Assembly (NCBI GenBank): GCA_029932605.1
Contig: JAOZPT010000009.1
Span: 1 to 51,898 of the forward strand
Direction: 5' to 3'
Length of the DNA: 51,898 nt
Origin: Candidatus Zixiibacteriota bacterium
GTDB lineage: Bacteria > Zixibacteria > MSB-5A5 > UBA10806 > 4484-95
The notes under the pieces are model-generated. The model ran no database searches. It had not been told where the DNA came from and saw only the letters and a list, made by a program, of their open reading frames with translations. The position numbers and the translations under genes were made by a program. This document shows, in pieces, positions 17,170-26,090 of the stretch (within the stretch, counting starts at the first letter, position 1; every line of letters begins with the position of its first letter).

Positions 17170-18390
17170 ATGGTTAAGAAAGCTAATGTTTTTTTGTTGG
17201 CGATTTCGATTGTTTTGTTATCCATAGTTGATGTAAATGCAGGAATCCTCCAGAATCTTGATGATGAATTAACCAGCCTTGTAAAAAAGACAGAACCTTT
17301 TTTAGTTACAGTTGAGTCACGGGGAAGTCATTCAGATGTGCTCCTTGTTGGTACTGGTGTGGTTATAGATAAGGAGGGACATATATTAACTACTACCACC
17401 ATAGCCACGAAGGATGATAATATAACTGTAACCTTTAAAGATGGAAAGAGCTATCACGCTGATTTTATTGGTGCTGATGGTTATACAGGCTTGGCGATGT
17501 TGAAAATTGAACCGGTTGATAAAAAAATACCGGATATCGGAGATCCGTACAGGCTTAAAGATGGCTCATGGGTTACGGTAATAGGGAACTCCTATGATAT
17601 GCCCAGCTCGGTTAATTTCGGAATATTTTCTGGAATAACGGATGAAAATTTATTGCAGTTGTCGGTGGCGACCGGGCCCGGTAGTTCGGGTGGAGCCGTT
17701 TTTAATACAAAGGGAGAATTGATTGGCATATTGGTTGCCAAAGCTACAGAGACTGTTTCGGCGTATATACCAAGTTTAAAAAATTTAATGGCTAAAGCCC
17801 ATAACCCAGTAGAATCCCAAGTGGGAGATTATCATAAGGTTGGTGTGGAACTGCCCTCGTCGGTTATAAGTTTGGCTGTTCCCGTAGATAAAATGCTGAT
17901 GGTTGCCGAACAGCTTGAAAAGTATGGTAAAGTAAGACGTGGTTTTTTGGGTATCAGCCAGAGAAGGCTTAGTAGAAGAGAGGTGAAAAGATATAGAATC
18001 GATAGTGGAGTCTGTGTCACTGATATTTCTATCGGTTCGCCTGCTTATGAGGCAGGTTTGAAAAAAAAGGATATCATTCTTAAATTTGATGGGGTAACGG
18101 TTAAAAATCCAGGCCACTTATGCGAATTGGTTCGTTCACATCTTCCCGGTGATAAGGTAGGTTTAGAAATATTGCGAGATGGTTCAAAGATTGATGTCAA
18201 AGCGACCCTTGATGAGGCTTCCGATAGTAATTTTCTTGCGAGCTGGCAACTTCCCTGGATTCATTCAGGAAATGATGACATTTCAGCTGATGTTAATGTG
18301 TCCGATTTAAAAGAAAAAATAGATGACTTGGAAGAACGCATACAAAAGCTGGTCGAGAAGATAAAAGAATTAGAACATCAAACGAAGTAA
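17170..18390 (+). CDS. HtrA/DegP-like S1C trypsin domain + PDZ + C-terminal coiled coil; probable pseudoprotease
   Basis: Signal peptide; GTGVVID, GPGSSGG, FNTKGELIGI, RGFLGI and GSPAYEAGLK motifs; His site reads ILTTTTIA and Asp site reads YTGLAML. Confidence 0.88.
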   Translation: MVKKANVFLLAISIVLLSIVDVNAGILQNLDDELTSLVKKTEPFLVTVESRGSHSDVLLVGTGVVIDKEGHILTTTTIATKDDNITVTFKDGKSYHADFIGADGYTGLAMLKIEPVDKKIPDIGDPYRLKDGSWVTVIGNSYDMPSSVNFGIFSGITDENLLQLSVATGPGSSGGAVFNTKGELIGILVAKATETVSAYIPSLKNLMAKAHNPVESQVGDYHKVGVELPSSVISLAVPVDKMLMVAEQLEKYGKVRRGFLGISQRRLSRREVKRYRIDSGVCVTDISIGSPAYEAGLKKKDIILKFDGVTVKNPGHLCELVRSHLPGDKVGLEILRDGSKIDVKATLDEASDSNFLASWQLPWIHSGNDDISADVNVSDLKEKIDDLEERIQKLVEKIKELEHQTK

Positions 18391-18591
18391 AAATGTTATA
18401 GATTATAACTATGGTTATTTTAGTAACAGGGTTAACCTTTTCATCTTGTTGCATTTCATATTATTAAGCTTATTTAGTTTTTCTGATATAAATTATAACT
18501 AATTTAAGAGCTTTTAGTTTTATAATAGTTGAATTCGATTTTTAACTTATTACGCTGCTTGAAAATATAAAAATAGAAGGTTGTTTTAAAA

Positions 18592-18607
18592 TGGCACAAA
18601 TATTGCA
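18592..18607 (+). promoter_or_regulatory. sigma54 promoter upstream of pilA
   Basis: TGGCAC-AAATA-TTGCA, a perfect -24/-12 consensus; pilA genes are commonly sigma54/PilR controlled. Confidence 0.8.
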
Positions 18608-18635
18608 TTAAATATTTTTGATATGTTGGATATTG

Positions 18636-18664
18636 TTGACAATAAAATAAATAAATTGGATAAT
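18636..18664 (+). promoter_or_regulatory. sigma70-type promoter upstream of pilA
   Basis: TTGACA-N17-GATAAT. Confidence 0.45.
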
Positions 18665-18706
18665 AATCTGCTTGTATTAGGACGCTTGCGGTTAAGGTGT
18701 TTTATA

Positions 18707-18735
18707 TTGACTTATGTCAAATATTTACTTAAATT
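18707..18735 (+). promoter_or_regulatory. sigma70-type promoter overlapped by an FNR/CRP-like palindrome
   Basis: TTGACT-N17-TAAATT; 18707-18720 is TTGAC-ttat-GTCAA. Confidence 0.5.
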
Positions 18736-18841
18736 TAAAATATTGGTGAAGAGGTTAGAGATTAAAAGGAAGTGTTAGGTATAATGATAATTTTTCGTAG
18801 GGGAATAAGAGTGTTAGTTAATATATTTTTGGAGGCTTTCA

Positions 18842-19240
18842 ATGTTAACAAAATTTAAGGATCATAATGGGTTTACTTTGGTTGAGATTCTTGTTGTGGT
18901 AGTTATTATTGCGATTCTTGCTGCTATAGCTGTACCTATTTATCTTCATTATGTTGAGCAGGCGCGTGCCTCGGAGGCTAAAGAGGCGATAGGCGCAGTA
19001 TGGGGAGCGGCCAAGGTTCACCATGCAAAAACAGGCACCTGGCCTACCAGAATAGAACAGATGAAGCATCTTGAACTTGACCAGATAACCCGTGACAGGT
19101 GGAATTTTAATATTGTTGCTGGTGGGCAGGGTATTAATTCGATCATAGCAACATCAACGGGTTTAATGCCAGGTGGTGCTGGGAAACAGGTGATTTTTGA
19201 TGTTCGCACCGGTAAGTGGAGAGGTTATGGCGAGGATTAG
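18842..19240 (+). CDS. pilA: Type IVa major pilin
   Basis: Short leader, G|FTLVEIL, hydrophobic helix with P22; GGAGG RBS; first gene of the cluster. Confidence 0.9.
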   Translation: MLTKFKDHNGFTLVEILVVVVIIAILAAIAVPIYLHYVEQARASEAKEAIGAVWGAAKVHHAKTGTWPTRIEQMKHLELDQITRDRWNFNIVAGGQGINSIIATSTGLMPGGAGKQVIFDVRTGKWRGYGED

Positions 19241-19270
19241 TATTAACCATAAAATTTAGGTTGGTTTAAA

Positions 19271-20362
19271 TTGGAGAAATTTGATACTGTCAGCGGTACT
19301 AATACAGCTGATATAAAACAGCTTCATATTGACGATCTTTTAAGTTTTACTAGCCTTCAGGGTGCTTCAGACTTGCATCTTTCCGAAGGGTCTGTGCCAA
19401 TGATCCGCATTGATGGGAAAATGATGAAGCTTGACCTTGTTGGCATTGATGATGGTCATATCCGGCGCCTGATTTTAGAGTCATTAACTCCTGAATTGAA
19501 AAACAAATTTGATAACCAGTTTGAGGTTGATTTTTCACGTGAGATTAATGACTCTACGAGATTCAGGTGCAATGTCTTTAAGCAGATTCAGGGATTAGCT
19601 GGCTCTTACAGGGTTATTCCGGCGGAGATTCGAAGTTTTGAGGAGCTTGGTTTGCCTAATGTGATGAAACGACTTGCCTTATTGGAACGGGGACTGGTGA
19701 TTTTAACCGGCCCCACCGGTTCTGGAAAAACCACCTCGTTAGCTACGATGGTTGATTGGATTAACCATCACAAAGAGTGTCATATTATAACTATTGAAGA
19801 TCCCGTGGAGTATTTTCATTCGTCGTTGCACAGTTTGATAAACCAGCGAGAACTTGGCACAACAACTCATACTTTTGCCAATGCCTTAAGGGCAGCCTTA
19901 CGTGAGGATCCTGATGTCGTATTAGTGGGTGAGATGCGTGATCTAGAGACAGTCAGTTTGGCATTGACTGCTGCTGAAACGGGTCATCTCGTTTTGACAA
20001 CTCTACACACATCTTCGGCGGCTAAGACAATTGACCGCATTATTGATGTTTTTCCTGCCGAACAGAAATCTCAGGTGAGGTCTATGTTGGCTGAATCGAT
20101 TCAATCGGTTATTGCCCAGACGCTTATGCCCCGCAAAGATGGTGGTCGGGTTGTCGCTTGTGAGATTATGATTGCCACAACCGCTGTACGCAATTTAATC
20201 CGTGAGGATAAAATCTACCAGATACCATCGATGATTCAGTCCGGCGGTAATATTGGTATGCAATCTAAAGACCAGCACCTTCTAACGCTGGTTGCTGAGG
20301 GAAAACTGGAGAGAAGTGAAGCTGCCAAGCATGCCGATAACGTTAAGCTTTTCTTGGAGTGA
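19271..20362 (+). CDS. pilT: Type IV pilus retraction ATPase
   Basis: ASDLHL, GPTGSGKTT, EDPVEY, LREDPDVVLVGEMRD, TLHT and AVRNLIRE. Confidence 0.95.
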   Translation: MEKFDTVSGTNTADIKQLHIDDLLSFTSLQGASDLHLSEGSVPMIRIDGKMMKLDLVGIDDGHIRRLILESLTPELKNKFDNQFEVDFSREINDSTRFRCNVFKQIQGLAGSYRVIPAEIRSFEELGLPNVMKRLALLERGLVILTGPTGSGKTTSLATMVDWINHHKECHIITIEDPVEYFHSSLHSLINQRELGTTTHTFANALRAALREDPDVVLVGEMRDLETVSLALTAAETGHLVLTTLHTSSAAKTIDRIIDVFPAEQKSQVRSMLAESIQSVIAQTLMPRKDGGRVVACEIMIATTAVRNLIREDKIYQIPSMIQSGGNIGMQSKDQHLLTLVAEGKLERSEAAKHADNVKLFLE

Positions 20363-20366
20363 AAAG

Positions 20367-20795
20367 TTGCAAAATCGTCTCCGGAATGCATGTGGTTTTA
20401 CATTAATCGAACTGATGATGGCTATACTTATTGTCTCCATTTCAATTGCCGCATTATACTATATGTATGCGCAGGGAAAGGTCTTATTGGAAGAACAATT
20501 TCATCGTCGCCTCGCTCTTGAAAAGGCTCGGAATAAAATGGAATGGTTGAAATATCTGGAGAGAACAAATGAGAATAACCCGGGACATGTGCCTCTAAAT
20601 GCTCGTGAACATGGAGTGGAATTTCTCGTCAGACCTGACACAGCTAATGGAACGGTAGGTATTGTAGCTCAGTATGTGGTAGATGTAGAACCTTCTCCCG
20701 GGGGCCAGTCGTTGTATGAAACTGTGTCGGTTATATATAGCTGGGAAGAACCCTCGGGAAGAGAATATGAGGTAAAATTAACATCAATATATTAA
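20367..20795 (+). CDS. Minor pilin (PilV-like)
   Basis: G|FTLIELMMAILIV. Start revised from 20292 to the in-frame TTG at 20367, which has GGAG 7 nt upstream and gives a short basic leader. Confidence 0.85.
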   Translation: MQNRLRNACGFTLIELMMAILIVSISIAALYYMYAQGKVLLEEQFHRRLALEKARNKMEWLKYLERTNENNPGHVPLNAREHGVEFLVRPDTANGTVGIVAQYVVDVEPSPGGQSLYETVSVIYSWEEPSGREYEVKLTSIY

Positions 20796-20802
20796 AAATT
20801 CA

Positions 20803-21396
20803 ATGATTGGGTACTTGAGTATAAAATCGGTAGGGAAATTAAAAAAAGATAACGGTGTTAATTTGATAGAGTTGATGTTTGTTATGTTTATCTCGGGTAT
20901 TGTCGTGACTGCTTTGGTGTCGGTATATTATTATGGTATTGTATCGTTTCAATCAGTCTCGTCAGAATATCAAATGCTTTCTGAAGGATCAGCGGTATTG
21001 GATTCGATAGGGCGTTCTATAAGTCAGGCTGATTCAGTTTATGTCTATGAAGCTTCGGATTCCAACAGGACGAGGTTATTTACCTATTATTCCTCGAGCC
21101 AGAAGAGAGGCTCCTACGAATATTTTTATAACTCTCAAGATAAGATTTTGAAGATGAATGACCTTATATCCGGTCACAACGATTACAACATAACAATACT
21201 ACCGATACCTTCATCTGGAAGTGGTTTTTCGAGGATGGAGAAACCTTTTGATGTCAGGACGGTTTATTTTCAGAGGATAGATGATGATAACAGCCCTAAT
21301 GCCTGGACTGTGAAGGTGGATGTTGTCTTAGAAGACAAACGAGGAGATATTTTTACACTTTCTCGCACCGCTACAAGGTTTATTTTAGAGGATTAA
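20803..21396 (+). CDS. Minor pilin (PilW-like)
   Basis: KKDNG|VNLIELMFVMFISGIV class III signal with E5. Confidence 0.85.
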   Translation: MIGYLSIKSVGKLKKDNGVNLIELMFVMFISGIVVTALVSVYYYGIVSFQSVSSEYQMLSEGSAVLDSIGRSISQADSVYVYEASDSNRTRLFTYYSSSQKRGSYEYFYNSQDKILKMNDLISGHNDYNITILPIPSSGSGFSRMEKPFDVRTVYFQRIDDDNSPNAWTVKVDVVLEDKRGDIFTLSRTATRFILED

Positions 21397-21448
21397 ATCA
21401 ATGGAGTTAATCTAGTGTTCTGTCCAAGAAATATCATTATGATATATA

Positions 21449-21554
21449 GTCATTGCGAACGAAGTGAAACGATCTCAGCTACATTTGTATCAGGAGATTG
21501 CACAGATGTGTCTTGGGACTTCGTCGTCAAATTTGGCGAACTCATCGCTATGAT
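21449..21554. repeat. Degenerate REP-like palindromic element (GTCATTGCGA... family)
   Basis: Outer arms GTCATTGCGA / TCGCTATGAT and inner arms CGATCTC / GAGATTG; resembles the widespread GTCATTGCGAGCGAAGCGAAGCAATCTC...GAGATTGCTTCGTCG...TCGCAATGAC repeat. Confidence 0.6.
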
Positions 21555-21601
21555 AAATGGTTGTATTGTTGTTTTTAGGATGCTAATTTAGGAGGGACTA
21601 T

Positions 21602-23143
21602 ATGAGATATTTGAAGCCAGAACAATATTTGCTAAAAAACCAGAGTGGTTCGGTGCTGATAATGGCTGTAATTATGTCAATTATAATCGTCATTCTTGGT
21701 ACCGCTTTTATGAAGTTCGTTGACCATACCAGACAGCTGATAACTTGGGATATCGCTGAATCACAGGCACGCTATGCAGCAAATGCAGGAATATTAATAG
21801 GCAATCTTGAATATGAAATAAGGGGGGGATTGCCGGATGGTTATAGAAGTTCGACATTTCGATTGGCCAAAAACGTAAATTATGATTATGAGATCAGAAT
21901 CAACAATATCGCTGAATATGGTCTTTCAACCATCATTAAATATGTTGTACTTGGCAATGGTTATGCATCCACCTATGAATTTGAGGACCCCATAGAATAT
22001 ACTGTTGGCTGGGCTGCTGGCGCTCAATCTTTTGCCGATTGGCTTTATTTGACCGATAGGGAGACTCAGGAATACAGGCCTGCCTATGCTTGCACTCTTA
22101 GATTCTGGGGACCGGATACTCTTGATGGAAAGGTTCATTCAAATGATAAATTATGTTTTCAATTTGGGAATGGTGGCTGGCCAGCTTTTTTGGAATTCGT
22201 GACATCGTGCTCTACCAGATTTTCATTTGATCCTTCTCCAGGTCCTCCATATGAATCCATATTTCTTGGCGGTTACGAACTTGGTTACTCATACATTTAC
22301 TTGCCCAATACCGCTGATTCAGTAAGGTTATATAACGGCATTACGCCTGTTCTTGGAAACCCCTCACCTGATATCGTAACCGAGATTACTTTGGATTATG
22401 GCACGATATACGTTCGGTACCGGACTGCCGATTCGTTGAGTCGAGAGGATCCATCATCCTGGGTCTGGTTAGGTGGGGCTGATCATTATACGCTGGGGGA
22501 GATGTATCCCGTACCATCTTCAGGAGCTTTATTTGTTGATGACGAGTTATGGATTGCCGCACCTAAAAACAAGCCTCATTATTGCGACCCGGGTGGTGAT
22601 GTGTTAAATGGTTTCCAGGGGCAACTTACTATCGCTGCCTCCGGTGATATCATTATTGCTCAGGATGTGGTTGTCGCCTCAGCCAATCCTGATGGCACAG
22701 TTCCCATAGAATCGGAAGATCTTCTGGGTCTTATATCCGAAAAACATATACTTGTATGGAGACATTGCCCTAATACAGTTAACATAACGGCGGCCTTAGC
22801 GGCTGTTGGTCAAAATATTCCTGATACGTCCAAGGCCAAGATATGCCTTAACGGACAGATTTCCGAGGATGGTCAGAATGGTACTATATCAATGGATGGC
22901 ATAAATTGTTATGGTATATTTAATGAAAAGACAGAGTTGTTTATATTTGGTTGTCTGATACAGCGGGAGCGCGGTCTAATCCATACACATTACAGCCCCT
23001 CTCCAGATATCCCCCAGGAATACCGTGGTTTCGAATCTAAAGATTATAAATATGATTTCCGGTTCAAAAAGACTCCACCACCACATTTTTTAACGACAGA
23101 TGCCCCTGGTGCCTGTTATTTTGAAAATTACAGGGAGAGTTAA
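21602..23143 (+). CDS. Large PilX-like pilin, ComZ/DUF4900-like
   Basis: QSG|SVLIMAV (no E5, as in PilX/GspK), QARYAANAG, DGKVHSND, LTIAASGDIII, LLGLISEK, IFGCLIQ and C-terminal YKYDFRF..TPPPHF. Confidence 0.75.
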   Translation: MRYLKPEQYLLKNQSGSVLIMAVIMSIIIVILGTAFMKFVDHTRQLITWDIAESQARYAANAGILIGNLEYEIRGGLPDGYRSSTFRLAKNVNYDYEIRINNIAEYGLSTIIKYVVLGNGYASTYEFEDPIEYTVGWAAGAQSFADWLYLTDRETQEYRPAYACTLRFWGPDTLDGKVHSNDKLCFQFGNGGWPAFLEFVTSCSTRFSFDPSPGPPYESIFLGGYELGYSYIYLPNTADSVRLYNGITPVLGNPSPDIVTEITLDYGTIYVRYRTADSLSREDPSSWVWLGGADHYTLGEMYPVPSSGALFVDDELWIAAPKNKPHYCDPGGDVLNGFQGQLTIAASGDIIIAQDVVVASANPDGTVPIESEDLLGLISEKHILVWRHCPNTVNITAALAAVGQNIPDTSKAKICLNGQISEDGQNGTISMDGINCYGIFNEKTELFIFGCLIQRERGLIHTHYSPSPDIPQEYRGFESKDYKYDFRFKKTPPPHFLTTDAPGACYFENYRES

Positions 23144-23281
23144 TAAATATGATGTTTGTAGTTAATGGAAAATTAAGTGATAGGAGGACGGGGAACTGGT
23201 GATTTCAGAAATGAGATAATCAGTTATTTAGAATATTAAGGTGGTTTTTTTGATAAAAGTAGCGCCAAGTGAAAGGATGGT

Positions 23282-24334
23282 ATGGCTAAGTCGGTTATAG
23301 GCCTTGACATAGGTTCTTTTGCCATAAAGTTGGTTGAGCTTGAGAATGATGGGGGGCGGTATAAACTGAAAAATTATTTCATCAAGGACCTTTATGGCAA
23401 GGGGGAAGAATATGATACCGAGGGTCCAGGGGTAAGCAGGCTTGAATCCTCTTTAAGAGAGGTCCTAAGTTCGGTAAAGCTTAATCCTAGAAGGCTGAAA
23501 ATCGTTAATACAAGTATAGGCGGGCCAGTTATTTCAGTAAAACAGATTAAATCGATACCTTTAGCCCCCGAGGAAATGGAGTCATCGCTTTTGTTTGAGG
23601 CTCGTAAGCATTTACCTCTTGATGAATCTGATGCGGTGATCGACTACCAGATATTAAGGGGTGATATGCAATCTCAGGATATGGAGATTTTATTGGTAGC
23701 CACGACTAAAAAGGTGTTTGAAAATCATCTCAAGCTTCTAAAAAGTGTTGGGATCTCTCCCCACATAATAGATGCTGATATCCTGGCCGTTGTTAACAGC
23801 TATCTTGTGTCAACAGGTAGTCTTATGGGTGATAAGGCACTTGTATTTTTGGATGTTGGAGCAAAATATACTAATATAGCGATTGTCAGTGAAGAGACGA
23901 TGTTTTTTTCACGGGATATAAGTTGGGCAGGCACAAATTTTACTGAAGATATCAAAAACAGCATGAAGCTTGATTATATTGAAGCGGAGGCTATAAAGAA
24001 GGAGCGCGGAATGGGAGCCCTTTTGGGTGAGGGTTCAAAGGAAAGTGGCGGTATCAGGGTTGCCCGGAGAATGGCGATTGACAATTTAATCGACGAAATT
24101 CGAAGGTCCTTGAGATATTATACCAAAGAGACCGGATGCCGCGAGTATCAGAAGATTTTATTGTGTGGTGGTTCATCCGCTTTGCCTAATTTGAATTCCC
24201 ATTTAGCCCAGCATTTAAAGATGGCTGTAGAGCTGTATAATCCTTTCATTAATTTTGTTACACCCCCTGGTTTTGACGATATGCTTGGTTCTCGCCTGGC
24301 TGTTTCATGTGGTTTAGCCTTGAGGGAGGATTGA
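23282..24334 (+). CDS. pilM: Type IV pilus assembly protein PilM
   Basis: IGLDIGS.AIKLVE, FEARKHLP, VIDYQ, LLVA, LDVG and LLCGG actin-like motifs. Confidence 0.95.
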   Translation: MAKSVIGLDIGSFAIKLVELENDGGRYKLKNYFIKDLYGKGEEYDTEGPGVSRLESSLREVLSSVKLNPRRLKIVNTSIGGPVISVKQIKSIPLAPEEMESSLLFEARKHLPLDESDAVIDYQILRGDMQSQDMEILLVATTKKVFENHLKLLKSVGISPHIIDADILAVVNSYLVSTGSLMGDKALVFLDVGAKYTNIAIVSEETMFFSRDISWAGTNFTEDIKNSMKLDYIEAEAIKKERGMGALLGEGSKESGGIRVARRMAIDNLIDEIRRSLRYYTKETGCREYQKILLCGGSSALPNLNSHLAQHLKMAVELYNPFINFVTPPGFDDMLGSRLAVSCGLALRED

Positions 24335-24335
24335 T

Positions 24336-24917
24336 ATGACTAAAATTTACTATACAATCAACCTGAACAAAGTCTCTAACCGCCTCGATCAATTCCAAGA
24401 GAAACAGAAGCGAAGACGAGTTTTTGCTGTAGGTTTTTACTTTTTTATCATTATAATAATTACAGCTCTAGCTATTGGCAAATCTGTCTATACTCAAAGA
24501 ACCATTAATGGACTCAAAGCTGAACTTGCAGAGATTCAGAGCGAGATTGACAATCTTGAGGCCTCCTCGGACTACCTCTCGCCTGAGGATATTTTTGCTT
24601 TAGCAGAACTGGCTAATTCACGTTTGACCTGGACTGAAAAATTTGACGTTCTGGGAAAGATAATACCAGAGGATGTTACCATTACCGGGCTGGATTATGA
24701 CTATCAGGTGAAAGCTCTGATGATTAAGGGGATTTCTAAGGTTAATCCGCAATTGGAGGACCTTGACCTAGTCGTTTCTATCATCAATTTGATAAAAAGT
24801 AATAAAAATTTCTCCTCGGATTTTAGCGACATCAAGTTCCATTCCTCAAATAGGATTAAACATAAAGGACAGGATATTGTCGAGTTTGAAATTGCCTGTT
24901 TAGTAGGGGTGGGTTGA
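24336..24917 (+). CDS. pilN: PilN
   Basis: N-terminal INL motif, TM helix, coiled coil, IPEDV.I; position after pilM. Confidence 0.85.
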   Translation: MTKIYYTINLNKVSNRLDQFQEKQKRRRVFAVGFYFFIIIIITALAIGKSVYTQRTINGLKAELAEIQSEIDNLEASSDYLSPEDIFALAELANSRLTWTEKFDVLGKIIPEDVTITGLDYDYQVKALMIKGISKVNPQLEDLDLVVSIINLIKSNKNFSSDFSDIKFHSSNRIKHKGQDIVEFEIACLVGVG

Positions 24918-24919
24918 TC

Positions 24920-25534
24920 ATGAAAAAGAACCTTATTTTGAGTGGTCTTTTGGTTGTATATATATTGGGGTTCTGGATTTATTACAAAAATGTCATCGAG
25001 CCCCAGCCAACTGAAATAGCCGAGCTGGAAATGAAACTGGCCGAGAAAAAACGTCAGCTGTTATCAGCTCAGATCATTTCTAAAAATCTTCAAAACGTCA
25101 ACGAATTGATTCAATGCAACCTAGTCGAGGATTTGAGCGATTCATTAGCCGAATCGGCAAGTATACCTTTTTTAAAATACCTCACCAGCCTCATGGATGA
25201 ACTGGATATTGTTTTAGTCTCAATGCAACCCATGGAGGTTTTACAACAGCGCAATCTGGCTGAAGAACAATTAATCGAACAGGATTATATCGAGATACCT
25301 TACAGCATGACTATTCTTGCCAGCTATAAGCAGTTTGGGAAATTTCTTGAGAGGCTCGAGAAATATCCACAGTTGATTAAAGTAGCCAGAATTCAACTTG
25401 AGAACTCTTTAGATGCCGCTATTTATGAGGGGCAGATCGTTGGTAAACCTGACCAACATAGAATTAACCTTGAAATTCATACAATGACAATTTTGAAAGC
25501 GAGTTTTAAAGGTGGATCAGAACAGTTTAATTAG
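24920..25534 (+). CDS. pilO: PilO
   Basis: N-terminal TM helix, coiled coil, YIEIP...SYKQFGKFLERLE...LIKV; the ATG at 24920 is preferred over the TTG at 24914. Confidence 0.88.
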   Translation: MKKNLILSGLLVVYILGFWIYYKNVIEPQPTEIAELEMKLAEKKRQLLSAQIISKNLQNVNELIQCNLVEDLSDSLAESASIPFLKYLTSLMDELDIVLVSMQPMEVLQQRNLAEEQLIEQDYIEIPYSMTILASYKQFGKFLERLEKYPQLIKVARIQLENSLDAAIYEGQIVGKPDQHRINLEIHTMTILKASFKGGSEQFN

Positions 25535-26048
25535 AGCTTTAACATTTATACTTGGCGTGGTCTTGTTATTGGCAGTTTCTTGGGGTGCGTTTAAAGCTGT
25601 GACAGAGGCCAAGGCTGACTATAAAGTGGTAGATGCAATCGAAACTTTGGATACTGATATAGCCCTGGCTCAGACTATCGATTCGCTGGAGGCTAAATGG
25701 AATCACCGCTTGAACTATCATTTCGGTGTCAAACAGGATCCCCTTTTCCTGGGAAGAGTGATTGTCGGTTTTTCTTACTCTCGTATGGGCTACAGAGAAT
25801 TTGATGAGGGTATTGGTTTTCGACTTTCTGCAACCGTTATTGATAACAATCCCAAGGCGATTATCAAGTTTAAGGGGAAAAGCCATGTTCTCCAGGTAGG
25901 TGATACTTTAGAAGGTGGATATGTAATAAAAGAGATAATGAAGAAAAAGGTTGTGCTTAATCGAAATGGCGAGTTAACGGTTTTATCTACCAAACCCGTT
26001 GCCCAAATGTTTGACCAATATATTGACCAGAGTTATGATTATCGGTAA
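25512..26048 (+). CDS. PilP-like protein (TM-anchored, no lipobox Cys)
   Basis: QDPLF followed by LSATV...KAII...LQVGDTL...IKEI...VVL (PilP/GspC-HR pattern); lies between pilO and pilQ. Confidence 0.75.
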   Translation: MDQNSLIRALTFILGVVLLLAVSWGAFKAVTEAKADYKVVDAIETLDTDIALAQTIDSLEAKWNHRLNYHFGVKQDPLFLGRVIVGFSYSRMGYREFDEGIGFRLSATVIDNNPKAIIKFKGKSHVLQVGDTLEGGYVIKEIMKKKVVLNRNGELTVLSTKPVAQMFDQYIDQSYDYR

Positions 26049-26090
26049 AGACATAACGTTTTCGTTAATAATGTAAATCGGGAGGATATT

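Noticed and set aside
20292..20366. Long N-terminal extension of the PilV-like pilin overlapping pilT
   Set aside because: Longest-ORF artefact; the TTG at 20367 with an SD gives a normal prepilin leader
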